A DNA stretch of 64,000 nucleotides, taken from Kudoa neothunni. Lineage: Eukaryota; Animalia; Cnidaria. The position numbers and the translations under genes are program-made. Position 1 is the stretch's first letter. Each line of letters starts with the position of its first letter. Positions 1 to 13,809 of the stretch are shown piece by piece. The notes beneath the pieces are model-generated. The model saw nothing but the letters and a program-made list of their open reading frames with translations, was not told the DNA's origin and ran no database searches. Location of the stretch: contig OZ199838.1 in NCBI GenBank assembly GCA_964304625.1, positions 15,848,017-15,912,016 of the forward strand, read 5' to 3'.

Positions 1-916
1 TTCTGAAATCGAACGATGAAATCACACCTAACAAAGTGATCGTCTTAAAGCGAGTGAAGATATGCATTATTCGAATTATCATTAACTTCTCAAAGTCTGT
101 AAACATTTTCCATTCGATAAAGAATTAAATAGCTTGTAATTGTTGCATTCGATGACCTAAAATCAGCCGCTTCCGATTCTACCCCACAAATTGCTGGTCT
201 TCGTTTGGAACCTCAAATAAAATTATTTAGAGTGATTGAAAAAAAAAAATAAAATTCATATATAATCTGTAAATTATAATTAAATAAAGCAAAAAAATTA
301 TATATTCAAATAAAATTAAGGATAGTTTTAAATTCACCGAAAGGTTCTGCGCATATTATAAAATTGTGAAAAATGTCATGATTAAATAAAAAGCTTGTCA
401 AAAAATATTCCAAAGTATAAAATATAATACTTATAGCTTCTAATGTATGTGGATTTTTCAAAAATTTTAGAATATTGAGATGAATTTATAAATTACTTTT
501 CCCCCTTTTTATCGAACCTTGAAGTGAATAATTTTCGAATATAATGGGCATTTAATTTAATAATTTTAAAATACAATGAACTATTGATAGATATCTAATA
601 CTCAAACGTAGTTGTTGAATTTAAATAGAATTAAACATTTAATAAGATTAAACTTTAATTATTTAATTTATAGTGGTGATTATTAAAGAGTAAAATCGTC
701 TTGTTTACTGCTCTAAACTTATTAAAGTACTTGGGATAAAAATATAGTTTAACAACATTAAAGTTTTAAATAAATTAATATGTGAATAAAAATAATTTGA
801 AACATCGATGTCTTAGTATTATTGGATATAGATAACTATAATAAAGTATCTGAGAAATGATTAATCGAGATTAATATAATCGTATTATTATATTCGACTC
901 CCCTCCATTCACGTCG

Positions 917-2739
917 ATGAAAATAATATTGTTATTATTTCGTTTTTTCGTTTTGAATATTGCTTAAGTAAAGAAGTTGATATAGTATTTTTGAGTGCAT
1001 TAAATTATCGTTTGATTTCCGTTGGTAGTATGGAATAATAATACATCGAATGGTAAATACACTGATGGCATATATTTACAAATTTGGTCCTAATGATGAT
1101 GCTCAAAAGATAAACTTGATTGACCATAAAGTTTGTTATAAAGGGAGTATATTCGTTTATATGGATACGTATTAAACAAATTATATTTTTAGATGATTTT
1201 GAGGTCGAGAATTTGGACAATTGGAAATTAATGCTTCGCAGTTGTATTGAAAATATAAAGAAAATAAAAACCATACAAAATATTCCATTATCAAATATCC
1301 GAATTTTGTTTGCTGGTCTACAACTGTGGAGAGAAAAAAAGCTATAAATTTAATTATTATATTTATGAATATAGATATTTAATAGGGTAAGTGATCCGAA
1401 ATTTTTATGATCACTCTATAAAAGAAATAAACAAATATTTCAAGGACTATTTAAAGATTGAGGGCAGAGATTTTTTCGTGGTGGTAGAAACTGTATCTGA
1501 GGTGGCATTTAGATTTCTACAATGGCAAACCCAACCAGTAGAATTGTTTATAGTCAAATTATTGGCTTGGAAATTTAATTTTACTTGATAGAAATTAAAA
1601 ACCCGGTTTGATGGTTTTATATTATACGAAGATACAAATTATCTGATGGGTTATATCCCTCAGAAAGGATACAATTTGTCAAATTTAGTCCATCATAAAG
1701 TGATACATTGGAATGGGAAATATGAGATTATAGCTGGTGGCTATTTCGATAATTTTAGATCTAGTTATCTAAAAAAACCTATAAATTCAAAAGTAATATC
1801 AAATCACTTATCCAGCATAAGTAAAACCATTTTCAGCATCCTGTACTCTTCAATGTGCACTTGAGTTCAACTATAGAATGTGGTTGTGTTTATCTTGGCA
1901 TTTTACTACATGATACTAAGTATCCTGACCGTAAAAAGTTGCCTTTCGCATTTAACCGAAACCATAAGCTTGTATCCGTACCGAATTCATCAGTCGTATA
2001 AAGAAGAACTTTGCAAACAAAACATATCCGATTCCTTATTAAAAATTCCACTTTAAATGCCAAAGTGTGTAATTCGAACACTGGCGTTTTTTATCCTATC
2101 CACCCACCAAACAACAGATTTTTAGTATATATATATATACTTAGTGTCATATTTTTATTACAATTAAGATCTACGCTCCTCCAGATGATGAATATTTTGA
2201 TGTGCTTCCTTCCACCATTGATGGAATCCAGAGAAAGCTCAATCTGAGGTGTGAAGTATATCGATCAAATAACCCTTTAGTAGTTAAGATTTTCGACTTT
2301 TCCAATTAAAATTATTCAAAGTATAAAATTGAAGATTGGCTTTCAAAATGCCTAACCATCCAATATTATTTGTTATTTTCGGAGGTAATCACTAACAAGA
2401 ACAACATGTCGGTTACCTTTACAGTAAATCATAAACAGTGTTTTTTCAGTGTTGTACGTTTTTTAAATTTAGAAATACGATTTCGGGTGGTTGTTTGGAC
2501 TTGCTATGACAGATCCACGTCTAAGAAATCCAGCAACAATTTCTGACGTTGATACACTTCCTCCTAATCTGTGGAAGAGTGGTTCTTTTTCGAGAGCATA
2601 TATCGCTGGAATTGTCATTGGGGTATTATTTGCTGTTTTGGCGGTTGTAGCTGTCTTTTGTCTGATATCAAAAAAATACGATGTGTTCTCAAGGGTGGTA
2701 AATTATTTCGTCAACAAAAAAGAGGTTCGGCTGGATTGA
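917..2739 (+). pseudogene. Paralog 1 of divergent GDA1/CD39-like membrane protein family (multi-exon; apparent frameshifts)
   Basis: ATG 917 opens a hydrophobic leader (MKIILLLF). Exon 2 reads YGIIIHRMVNTLMAYIYKF; later exons give SCIENI..FAGLQLWREK, GRDFFVVVETVSEVAFRFL, NGKYEIIAGGY and IYAPP. The last exon is KYDFGWLFGLAMTDP + TM (AYIAGIVIGVLFAVLAVVAVFCLI), stop at 2739. Introns are short GT-AG (e.g. 1538-1591). The frame breaks in exon 1 and at an A-run (~1933-1937), returning near ~2030. Confidence 0.75.
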
Positions 2740-3962
2740 AACTTATGCGTCAAGATTTCAGAATCCTATGAATTAAATTTGGTTTCCTGACATTCTTCTT
2801 CGCATTGTTTCCGTTATGTTTTAAGCATATTATTTTTTATATTACATATTTGAAAAAGAAATTCTATGATAACTATCTTTCATTAAAGATAGCATTCATT
2901 TATAAAGTGTAGTTATTTAAAGTAAGATCCTGGAATAAAATAGTTTCATGTTATCGAATTACTCTAACTTTTCCATTAATATTTCACTCAATGGTGTGCA
3001 TCTATTTTATGGATTTAGGGAGGTTATTTTGAAAATATTGATGAATTTCTAAAGTTATGTTAATTTTAAGAAATATCGTTGTGTAATACTTGAAACATTA
3101 TTTTAATAATATTGTTAATTTTATAAATAAAAACAATTTATCAATACCTGGAAAATGTCTCTATTGAATTTTAAGAATGAAAATTATTTTTAGTAGTTGT
3201 ATAGAAAATGAAAAAATTATTTAGCAAAACTTTTTTATAGTTTGAACATAATATTGACAAATAAAGACAATACCATGAATATAAATTTTATCAGATTAAC
3301 AGAATCTTATTTCCGATAAGATATCGTTTATCGAATGTGGTTTTTATAAAAATTTTCAAAATTAGATATTAAAATCAATAATATGTTATTTAATATAAAG
3401 GTATCTCCAAAAATAATAAATTAGTTAATTTTTAAAATGTGTTGTAAAACTAAATTATAAACTAATTATATTCCAACGATGAAATAAATTCAGCTTAAAT
3501 AAGCGTTTTTTTGAAAGTTCAAGTCATGTATGTTTTCTTGATTTTACTAGGCGATATTCTATATTTAAGGAACAAATTTCGAAATATTATTTTACCACAC
3601 CACTTTGAATTTATGTTGGCGACTATAAAATATAAGAAGCTCTCAGTAAATAAACGTGTATCATTTTTTAATATCACAAGACATTCTGTAGGGAATTTTC
3701 ATCCCAAATAATATTATTCTTGCTCGTTTCCTTTTTTAAATTTAGATTCTCAGATGAATAATTAATATTATATATACTATAAACAGAAAGTAATATATTT
3801 CATTTAATTTAGAGACATAATATATTATTAAATAATGTGATCAATTGCTTTTTTTTGAGTCCATTATGATAAAAATGTAGAAAACCTGAATTTCAATCTA
3901 GAATTAAAAAATAATAATTATTAGGTAAAACAATATTGCGTAGCATTATTTCGATATAGATA

Positions 3963-5944
3963 CAGTAGTGAAGGGATGCTACGCTTTTTTTGGGACAAAC
4001 CTCTTAGGAGCGTAATATCCCTACAGTACGCAGTATCCATACTCGGGTGTGCAGGTGCGCCTTATGCCAGATGGATAATGGTGACGCGCGGCCGTATTTT
4101 GTACTTTAAAATTACATTTTCTTTCTTATATTAATGATAACTCGTCGATATTCATAAAAAATTGAATGTTAAACAAAAAACAACAAATATCGAATAAATA
4201 CATTATAATTATTCGAAAATATGTAGATTTTTTAAAATAGTCAGCTATTTTATCATTTTTTTACGAACCGTGTTTTATTTTACAAACAGAGAAGTTCAAT
4301 TTTGTCTTATTTTCTATCACAGGTAAAATAATGAGAAAAAAATATTTTCTCTTAATTTATTTAAACGTTCAACGACTTCATAAATGGAACAAATGATGCC
4401 CGTTTTTTCATAATTTTCATCATAAAACGATTCATTCATTGTATCGACTTCATTATTTATAGAGTTAACATACTTACCTTCTGTGACTTTATATGAAGTA
4501 ATTTCTTCCATATTAACCCGAACTTCAGTTTGATTTTCCAGGGATTTACTTCCAATCTAACCGATAATGACTCCAGATCCACAATTATTAACTAGAATGA
4601 TTTTTTAAAACAGTTTTTGATTGTTTGTTCACTCATTAATTTCCACATTTCTTTCATCGTGTACATATATTCAAGAAAATCTGGAGAATCATTATTTAAA
4701 TTGTAATAAAAAATAACTAATGGAATTGACAGTAACATTATTTATCGAATAATTCGTCCGATGATTTTTGTAAATGTATTAAAACCCCTTAATAATTCCT
4801 TGATCTGATTATTACAATACGCTGGTTGTTTTATGTGGGGGAAAACAGAGTTGGATATTTGAAAAATTTAGCGTGGGATGAGTTGGGAAATTTTTACCAA
4901 ATCATATGATTCTTATCTTACATTGAGAAGTTGCAACTTGTATACCGTCGTATATTTGAAAAAATAGTCTTCTTTTTAATGCAATAGGGAAATGGGACGT
5001 CTTTTCTTTTACGGATGCACCAACGCTTTTCATGATTGTGAATTATTAATAAGGGTCTTTTTCGTGCATCTAATAGGTCGCAGCAATTGTTACTCTCTCG
5101 TGTGATTTATTAGCACCGCGCAAGTTTTCCTCCATCTCAAATGCATAACCATACATTAAATTTCACATAGAGATTTAAATTTAGTCGATATTTTAACTTT
5201 TTTTGTTGATAAAATAGTCCGGTTTCATCCAAACCAAAAATATCTTTTGGATTATAATTTCCGATCAACTTTAAAACTTTAACAGTTGATCTTTCCAAGA
5301 GGAAATTATTTCAGGAACATCATTCTTGGATTCACTTATGAATTTGTTATTTTCAACCGAACTCTCGAAGAAAATCCTTAAAACCAAACTCAGAAATTGT
5401 GTTTTTAAATTCATTTGAATAATCGTAGAACTTTTTAATTGTATCCTCCTGAGAGAGTTCGATATTACCTGATCTTATTAGCTCAATCCACTCTTTAACC
5501 TTAGAATCTAAAATTTTGAAATGATCTATTCTTAAGGTTTCCCAGGTGTTATGATCTTCCAGAATACTGTTCTTTTTTAATATTATGCCGTTTAAGGAAA
5601 ATTTCGATTTTAATTCAAATTTCTCAACGGTTTTAGTTTATGAGACACTGAATATTTTTATATCATCATAATAACTTATTATTTTAACTATAACATCTAA
5701 CTATCGATATAAAACTCAGATTTCTCAACAGCGTACTAACCATATCGTTGGGTTTAATTGAGTGATTTTTAGTGCGCGGTAAGCATGTAGCCAAATTTTC
5801 TCTGACTCTGGATCTTATTTTCAAAAATAATTTCGAATGATTATACATATTTAAGTGTTTACTACTACAAATATCAATATTATGTATTTTTTTTGGGAAA
5901 CATTCCCATAATATCATAAAATGCGTAGTATCCCTGCACTACTG
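3963..5944 (-). mobile_element. pogo/Tigger (Tc1/mariner superfamily) DNA transposon, degenerate
   Basis: TA TSDs at 3961-62 and 5945-46. 22-bp TIRs CAGTAGTGAAGGGATGCTACGC / GCGTAGTATCCCTGCACTACTG (20/22). Minus-strand remnants NYNPKDIFGLDETGLF (~5211-5260) and FPPHKTTSVL*SDQGII (~4790-4850), typical DDE_1 motifs. Confidence 0.9.
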
Positions 5945-6931
5945 TACACTGGAACTTCTAATTTGTCTCATTTTATTTATAAGAATAAATATATTATTTA
6001 TAAGAATAAATTAGCGGTTAAAAATTTTTAGTAAATGCATGCCAGTTAATGAATTAATAAACTAATCTATTGAAATATTTGATGCGTAAACCTAAATTTA
6101 TCATATTTAAAGGCATTCGAAATCAAATATCTGTTTTGCGTTAGTTTGAATATGGTGAGGTGATGATATCGATAATGCTTAAAGTAAGTTTTTTATTTAA
6201 AATTAAACTTTTTCAAACCATGTGTTAATTATAGAGGAATTAACTTCTTGAATTTATCTAATTCGACTAAAATTGTTATTTTTGTGGCAATCCATAGTAA
6301 GATAATAAAATAATAATCCTAATATCAATTTACAAGCTTAAGATCATATAGAAACAACAATTTTCTCCCTGTAATATTTTACAGAAAATCATTAGTTTAA
6401 CGTTTTTGTAAAGAGACGTATTATTTTTAACCAACATTAATAAATCTACAAATTCTATTTGGAGCATCATCAAATTACGGTTTTATTTCAATTTTTGTAA
6501 TCTATCGAAAAATAAACCATTTCGTGCTTCCATTTTCCTGATATTTTTATAAATTAATTATCTAAAAATATTATCATACATTTTATTATTGGAAAACCAA
6601 ATTTTTGAAGTAAGGTTAGATAAATTAATATGAAATACGACGGAAATGACAAATTTTACAGTGAATTTTGTTCACTACTTAGTTTTTGACGTTATTTAAC
6701 CAATAAATAATTAAATACGAAAATATTAAAAAATATATTATTGTTCATATAAAAATTAATAAACATAAATTAACAAATATAAGCATATATATAGAATTGT
6801 ATGATAACGGTCCAAATCAAAATACGTCAATTAAAGTTCTACTTTATTACAGAGAAATCTACCTAGCCAACTCTATGTTGAATATTCAATGATATATGAT
6901 TTTTATGGTTAATATCATTTAATGTAGTTTT

Positions 6932-7391
6932 CATAATGGAACATCTACAGTAATGGATCGGCCGTACGTAATCATCCCCTGGGGATGAGTAATTTGCACG
7001 TAATACCTGTATTGTCCTGATAGTACGTATTTTTTGCTCAAGCGCACTAAAAATATTAAAACATCAAACTAGCTATGAATTGAACATTAATGAAAAGACA
7101 ATTATTCTTTCTGTTTAATGTACAATTTAAAAATGAATAAACATGTTTAATAGAAGCAGACATTAACTTTCACTTTTTTGAGTCATGATGTTTAAAATAG
7201 TTGCCAAGCCCTTCTAAATAAAATAAGGCCATCTCTGAAAGGCTTAATTTTTTATCAATAAAATCATTATCCATTCCTGAATTATTGGGAGGGACTGTCA
7301 TTGCGCCATTGATATCTCTATGAATTAGAGGGGACATCATTATAAACCACATTACTATGTATCTATAACATGTGTCTGTGTTATCATTCAT
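6932..7391 (-). CDS. Possible small spliced gene of unknown function
   Basis: 73-aa ORF 7391-7170 ends at a possible GT donor. A second stop-free, GC-richer segment (~7048-6930, RLSKKYVLSGQYRYYVQITHPQGMITYGRSITVDVPL*) follows a TTTTTAG acceptor. No recognisable family. Confidence 0.3.
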
Positions 7392-8285
7392 TTTTCAACT
7401 AGCTACCACTTTGATGTAACTATAAAAACTTACTAATTGTTTAATTGTGGTAAAAAAGGAGAGAAAATGCTTAATTTAATCACGCGACCAAAGCTAAAAG
7501 GTACTACGACCGATTCTCACGTGACTTTGTATTATTCGTTTGTTCGTACTAATTATGTTTATAACCTATTTTAAGCGAGTAATAATAATCTTAAATCATT
7601 TTAAATATAAGAGAATCTTTTAATATGTAAAATAACTAATATACGTATGACCAGTGAATTACCGTAATTCTAGTAAGTCGTTCGGCAAATTTCGTTAAAT
7701 CTTGCTATGAAATATTTGCAATTTTATTTCGACCAGATATTTATTTTATCTTGTATTGGAAAAAATTTAATTGAAAAATCATAATCAGAAAATGTGATTG
7801 AACAGAGACAAATACATGATATCAAATTAAATATGCCGAGGAAATATTTTTGGATTAATTATTTCTATTTATTGAGCTTTTATATTAATTTCACTTGTTA
7901 TTAATTATAAAATAATTTCTATTTTTTATATGGAGTTATAATTTCTAAAATAACCCTACGAAACATTATGGTTCCAATACGATAATGTTTAAGGGGATTA
8001 ATGATAATTATTATTTTACAATAGCACCTATTAACATTTCTTATTATATATAAATATCTAAATTACACCTAAAATAAAAAAAATAAATTATTTAATGATC
8101 TAACTTTATTTTAAAAATGTATATTGAATATTATATGATATATCTAGCCAGCAACCATGTAGAAATAAGTTATAATACTTTTTAATAAAATTATTAAGAT
8201 AAATAGAGTCATTAGTATTTGATTGCGATATATTGAGATGACGAAAGTTTACCTACCCACCACCAGTATTGTGAGAGGTGTATCA

Positions 8286-11200
8286 ATGTTTTTATTATGT
8301 GTTTTGCTAATATCTTGCACAAATGGAAACGATGAAAAGGTGACCATCTGTAGTTTATTCGTAATAAAATTTTCCCGTAAAGTATGGAGTTATCATACAT
8401 CGAATGGAAAACACACTGATGGGTTATATATACAAGTTTAATTCCTCGAACAATTATGCGATGGTGCAGTCGGTTACTCACACGATGTGTCATAACAGTG
8501 GTAATTTATTAGATTATCAAGAAATTTCTGTGGGAATCATATTTTTAGACGATTTCGGTTTAAAAAACCTAATTAATTGGAAATCAATGATTGAGTCATG
8601 TATCGAAATTTTGATGGAATTAACAGTTTTTGAAGGTATTCCCTTATCAGACATTCATATTGAGTTTCTTGGCCAACAATTATGGAGAGATATAAAGTAA
8701 TAATAATTGTGAATAGTTTGAGTAGCTGAATTTATCAGGATATACGATCAAGAGTTTTACAACTACGCTATAAAAAATTTAAACGACCATTTCCAGAGTC
8801 ATTCAAAAATTGAGGGTCGTAAATTTTTCGTTGTCCCGGATATCGCTAGTGAGGTGGCTTACAGATTTTTATATTGGCGCACACAACCAGTATTTTTCGA
8901 CAATTTTTATTCTTATGGACCATATAATCCCTACTTCAGCGCAATCTATTCTTAAAACAAATAATTTCTTTTATATTAAGCGTTTTGTTAAAAAACTCTA
9001 CTCCATTAATGCGTAAAGATATTTTTTATTCCCCAGTTTTGAAAATCACAGAAAGTTATTTGTTCAATAGAGTCACTAATAGATTTGGGTTTAAAATCTT
9101 ACTATAATACTAAAATTCGTTTAAATAGTGTCCTGTTTTTATAAGTGTACTTATTTGGGTTTTTATTTGGTGGTGAAAATACTTATTCGTCGAATTTGAT
9201 ATGCACATGATTTCGACCGCGCGTTTATTAAAATATATCTTTCTGGTTAGTTCAATTATATAATGGAAAACGAAATCAAATATATTATTTTAATTACAAA
9301 TTAATTTTTTTATCTGCACGTGACTAATGTATTTCCTGCATATATATATATATATATATATATAATAATGATACATGTTTATATAATATTATCGAATTTA
9401 CTATTCCAATTAATTTACATTGTAACAGAAACATTTTAAATATAAATATTTATAATATTTATTCTCTTATAACAACTTTAATTAAGTTTATTCTATCATT
9501 TTCTAAAATCTTTCATTTAGATGGATGATTTAAATAAAGGATGTTTAAAAAATATTAATTATGTTTTAAGATTTAATATTTTTCCACTTAATAATGAATT
9601 AATCCATCTTATATTTGACCTTTGAGGATACAAAAATTAATTTAATTTCATATTATTTATGTTATAAATTAGTTTTTTATCTTATTCTAGACTAACAAAA
9701 TATATTATTGATTAATATATTTCCTTTCTGTTAACTCCAATCGTATATGTTAAGAAGGTATATGCCATGTTTTCAACTAATTTATTTTCGTTCCATTGAC
9801 ATTTCATAATATATTTAATAAGTTTGAGATTTTTGTATACAATAATTTAATATGATTATTTAACGCACCTAATTTGACGTTTGATTTCCCATAGTCGGCT
9901 TTCTTTTAGGATTCCGTTCCATTTCACTAAGGATAACACTAATATTTAATGGTAAATATAAAAATTTTATTCTTAATAATATTGCAGAGATAACACTTTT
10001 TAATTTAATTTCTATTTTATCAATTTGATACCACGATCGTCATTGTAGATCATGTTTTTCATCATGAATTAGTGTAATTGTCATAAATAATAAATAGTTC
10101 GCTTGCAACGTCAAAAAGGATCCGTCTAAAGAATGACCTTATTTTATAGTCATAAAAAGTTAAATTAGAACATAGATTTCATTCTCAAGAAATAATAGTT
10201 ATGCTTTCAAATCCAGGATTTAGAAAATATGAACATTCTCCACTAAATTTAATGTTCAGAAAATTTACAAATTAAACGAGAAATCGTTTTTAAATTTCCT
10301 TTAACCCTCATACACACGTCAAAAAAATCACGTTCCGCACGTTGGGGTCCAAATGACCCCAACCTTTTTGAGCAAACTCTTATTTTTGTTATAAATGATT
10401 TTTAGATATAATAAATGTCCATTAATTATTATAGAAAACTTAGAAAATTTTCTAATCAACGCATAATAAAATATGGATATTACCAATTATTTTTGTACAC
10501 GTGATATAATGGATTCTGAATACGATCCCCATTTTGAAGAAGCTAATTTTTAATTTAGTAATTGTATAATTGAGAACTCCACGTCGGATTACTATTATTC
10601 CCATAAAGAAACTGATCTTTTCACCTAAAAAATCTACGCTGTGACCTTTAGGAAGGGAGAAAAATGCTCTGAGCAACCAACACACATTCGAAGATAAACT
10701 GACGTAGAGAACATTTTCAAACATAAAACCTCATTCAAAAATAATGCATTAAAAATCGCGATATTTCATTATTTGTGTTCTTAAAATTTCTGGAAAATGA
10801 AATATTAGATTTAATTGTTGAATATACAAATAAATACATAGAGAATGAATTTCAATTACAAAAGATGACTGAATGAAGTATATTGGTTGTTACCTGCCTT
10901 AAGAATAATGAAGGGGAATAATATGGATATGCGCAATTACTGGTGTTTGCAACCTCAAGTTGAGCGAATTTATACGCATGTATTTAATTTTTAAAAATGA
11001 CTACTAAATAAGTTGGTCTTCGAATGCGAGCTACATGTTGACAGATCTTATGGTACAACCGTGTAAATGGCCGTATTGCTAAAATCAATCTCATCATGGA
11101 AATCTTGATACTCTAGTTGTAATAGGAAATTTAAAATATTCCTCCGTCACATATAAATTATGTATTATTTAAAACAGTTGTGTAGAAATTTTTCTATTTC

Positions 11201-13612
11201 CAAAAGAAGCAAATTTTAGATAAGTTACAATCTACATCACATGTTTGAATAAGAGAACAATTTCTTAATATTTTTTGAGTATATTTTAATAATATTAGTT
11301 TTTCTATTATAACAAACTCCCTGTTTTTAACACACAATGTCTATTGCTTATGTATTAATCAGAGCTATTAAAAAAATGATGGCAGCCAAAATTACCTCCA
11401 CCGTGGCGTGGTTATGAGGGTTAATATCTGTAACAGGGATCGACAGTCTAATAGGGTTCCTGGGCCAGGTAGCCATGCCCAACCAGAAGGCGGGAAAGAA
11501 TATATTTAAATCATTTAGATGTAATAAATTTTTCACAATACAATTAAAAATTAGATTAGTAAATTTATATTTTGAAATTTAAAAGAAAACATTTTTATTT
11601 CAAAGAGAAAAAGAAATATAACAAACGTGAAAGTTTGACATTTTCTATGAAGGCATCACTAAATTTATACAATTTTTTATTTCAAAGTTAACCTGATATT
11701 ATCGATGCTGAATTTAAAGTTTTTATATTTATATAATGGTTTTAAATCGTAATGAACAATAATTAAACGTTTCTATTATTTACAATAAAACTAATATCAT
11801 ACAATCAGTAAAAATAAAAGATTAGTTTGGGGTAAAATTTTAATCTTTTTTTTAACACTTTTATATTTAGAAAAAGGAGATAACAATTAATTAGCTTAAT
11901 TCATGTTGCTATTAAGTATATTTATATGCTGAAGAGATTGACATTAAAAATTGAGAAATTATACAAATACCGTCAACAAAAAATTAACTTTATCATTGAA
12001 ATCCCATGCGGGTTGGCTGTTGCCGACCTCTGATCCGTAGTTTTACATAATTACACTGTAATTTCAACATTTGTAGACCTAGACAAGGCTATTTTTACCG
12101 CCACAAATGTATAAAGCATATGATTCGCGTTTTATAATACAGAAATTATTTTATTATATAAAATTCAAATTATTATTAATATATTATTAAATTACTCATT
12201 AAATTGATGAATAGGACATTTTTAAGTAAATATTAAAATAAAGGATGATTAAATGATAAAATCAATAATTTTTGCATAAAAACAACTCAAGAAAATCTCA
12301 GGTTTTGGAAAAAAGTAGCAGTTCATGTTAGTTAAATCAATTTTATGAAATATTTACTACTTTAAAAGAGATATTTTACCGTTAGAATAGCTTAAAAGGA
12401 AGAATGGATTATAGAGATTAATAAGAATAGATATTGCTTATTTTTTAAGCCCAACATTGCTGTTACATCAATCTCGCCAAATAGCCTCTAAGAGACACAT
12501 ATGATGGTTTCATACAATACGAAGATACACACTATTTGGTTGGGTACATTCTGCCAAAAAAATCTAGTTTACTGGGTGGATTTCAAACGAAAATAATAAA
12601 TTGGAACAACAAGTATCAGGTAATAGGCGCTGGCTGGCACGATAACATGCGACATAAATACATTAAAGAAGGTGTTAATCCAAAGGTAAAAACTAGTTAT
12701 GATTCTGGTGACTGATCAACAGTAATTTTTAAGCATCCCACAAATTTTGCCTTCCACCTCACCCCAATAGAAGAATGCGCTACCGCTTACCTGGGTCTGG
12801 TATTTCGCGATGGAAATTATACTGATCATGAAAGTTGTATTACCAACATCGAACGATTAATATCTATATATCCATACAAAACATACAAATCTTTTAGAGA
12901 GAAACCTTGCATTGAAAAAATAGCAAACATTATTAAAAAAAATGCAACGTTGTCACAAAAATTATGTAATGTCAATGCTGGAGTTTCATTTCCTATTTTT
13001 GAGCCAAATAATAAATTCATTGTAATTACAGCATTCATATAATGGCTATTACGTAAATAATAGATATATTTACCCGCAAAAGATGAATCCTTCGAGAGAC
13101 TTCCATTTACTTTAGAAGAAATTCAAAGAAGAATTAATGTAAAATGTGAAGTGTATCGTTCCACTAGTGCGGTGGTATTTCTCATTCCTCATTAGCACCG
13201 AAATATAACTATTTATAGTATAAACTTGAGCATTTTTTCTCCAAATGTTTAACCACCCAATATTATTTGGCATTCTCCCAAGATTTTATCACAAAATATA
13301 AATTATCAATCACTTTAAAAGTGAATCCAATATTAGTTGTTATTTATAAAATATATTTAGAAGCACGACTTCGACTGGTTGTTTGGATATGCCATGACTG
13401 ATCCCCGTCCTCGATTTCGAGCAACCGTTTCCAATCTTTCCAGAACTATGCCTGAGTTCAAAGACTTTATGAGTGGTGGTCCCTTATCTAAAGAAACGAT
13501 TATTGGAATAGCTGTTGGAGTTACTATGTTTTGGCTAGTGACATTCCTTGCTGTTTTCATATTTCTGAAGAGAAAAAAATTGTTTCGGAATTTGAATACT
13601 GGCGATGCTTGA
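8286..13612 (+). CDS. Paralog 2 of divergent GDA1/CD39-like membrane protein family, with a ~3.6-kb intron (8890-12484)
   Basis: Signal-like MFLLCVLLISCTNGNDEK|GT. Exon from 8383 reads YGVIIHRMENTLMGYIYKF, then SCIEIL..FLGQQLWRDIK and GRKFFVVPDIASEVAYRFLYWRTQP|GT(8890). Coding resumes at 12485 (PLRDTYDGFIQYEDTHYLVGY), collinear with paralog 1. Ends KHDFDWLFGYAMTDP + TM (IIGIAVGVTMFWLVTFLAVFIFL). Confidence 0.75.
10305..11420. mobile_element. Non-autonomous piggyBac-type element (MITE-like) inside the paralog 2 intron
   Basis: TTAA|CCCTCATA...TATGAGGG|TTAA; subterminal palindrome GTTGGGGTCCAAATGACCCCAAC; no transposase ORF. Confidence 0.75.
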
Positions 13613-13809
13613 AATCAAATAGTTGTTTCATCAAAACGTACCTCTAATATACGAACATATTTTATTGAAATTATTTATTTAATTATTCATTTTTTAAATT
13701 TATTTATTTATAATAATTATTCTTTAACTATATAATTAAAGAAATTTTTTTATGTGAATTGTTGATCATTAAATATTTAATTTGCTTGTTGTGCAAAAAT
13801 ATTTAGTCA

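Noticed and set aside
1-215. Gene fragment at the window start
   Set aside because: Coding-like composition but no interpretable frame or motif.
11429-11537. Tiny solo LTR or ribozyme in a GC-rich patch
   Set aside because: The TSD matches poorly and I could not build a ribozyme fold.
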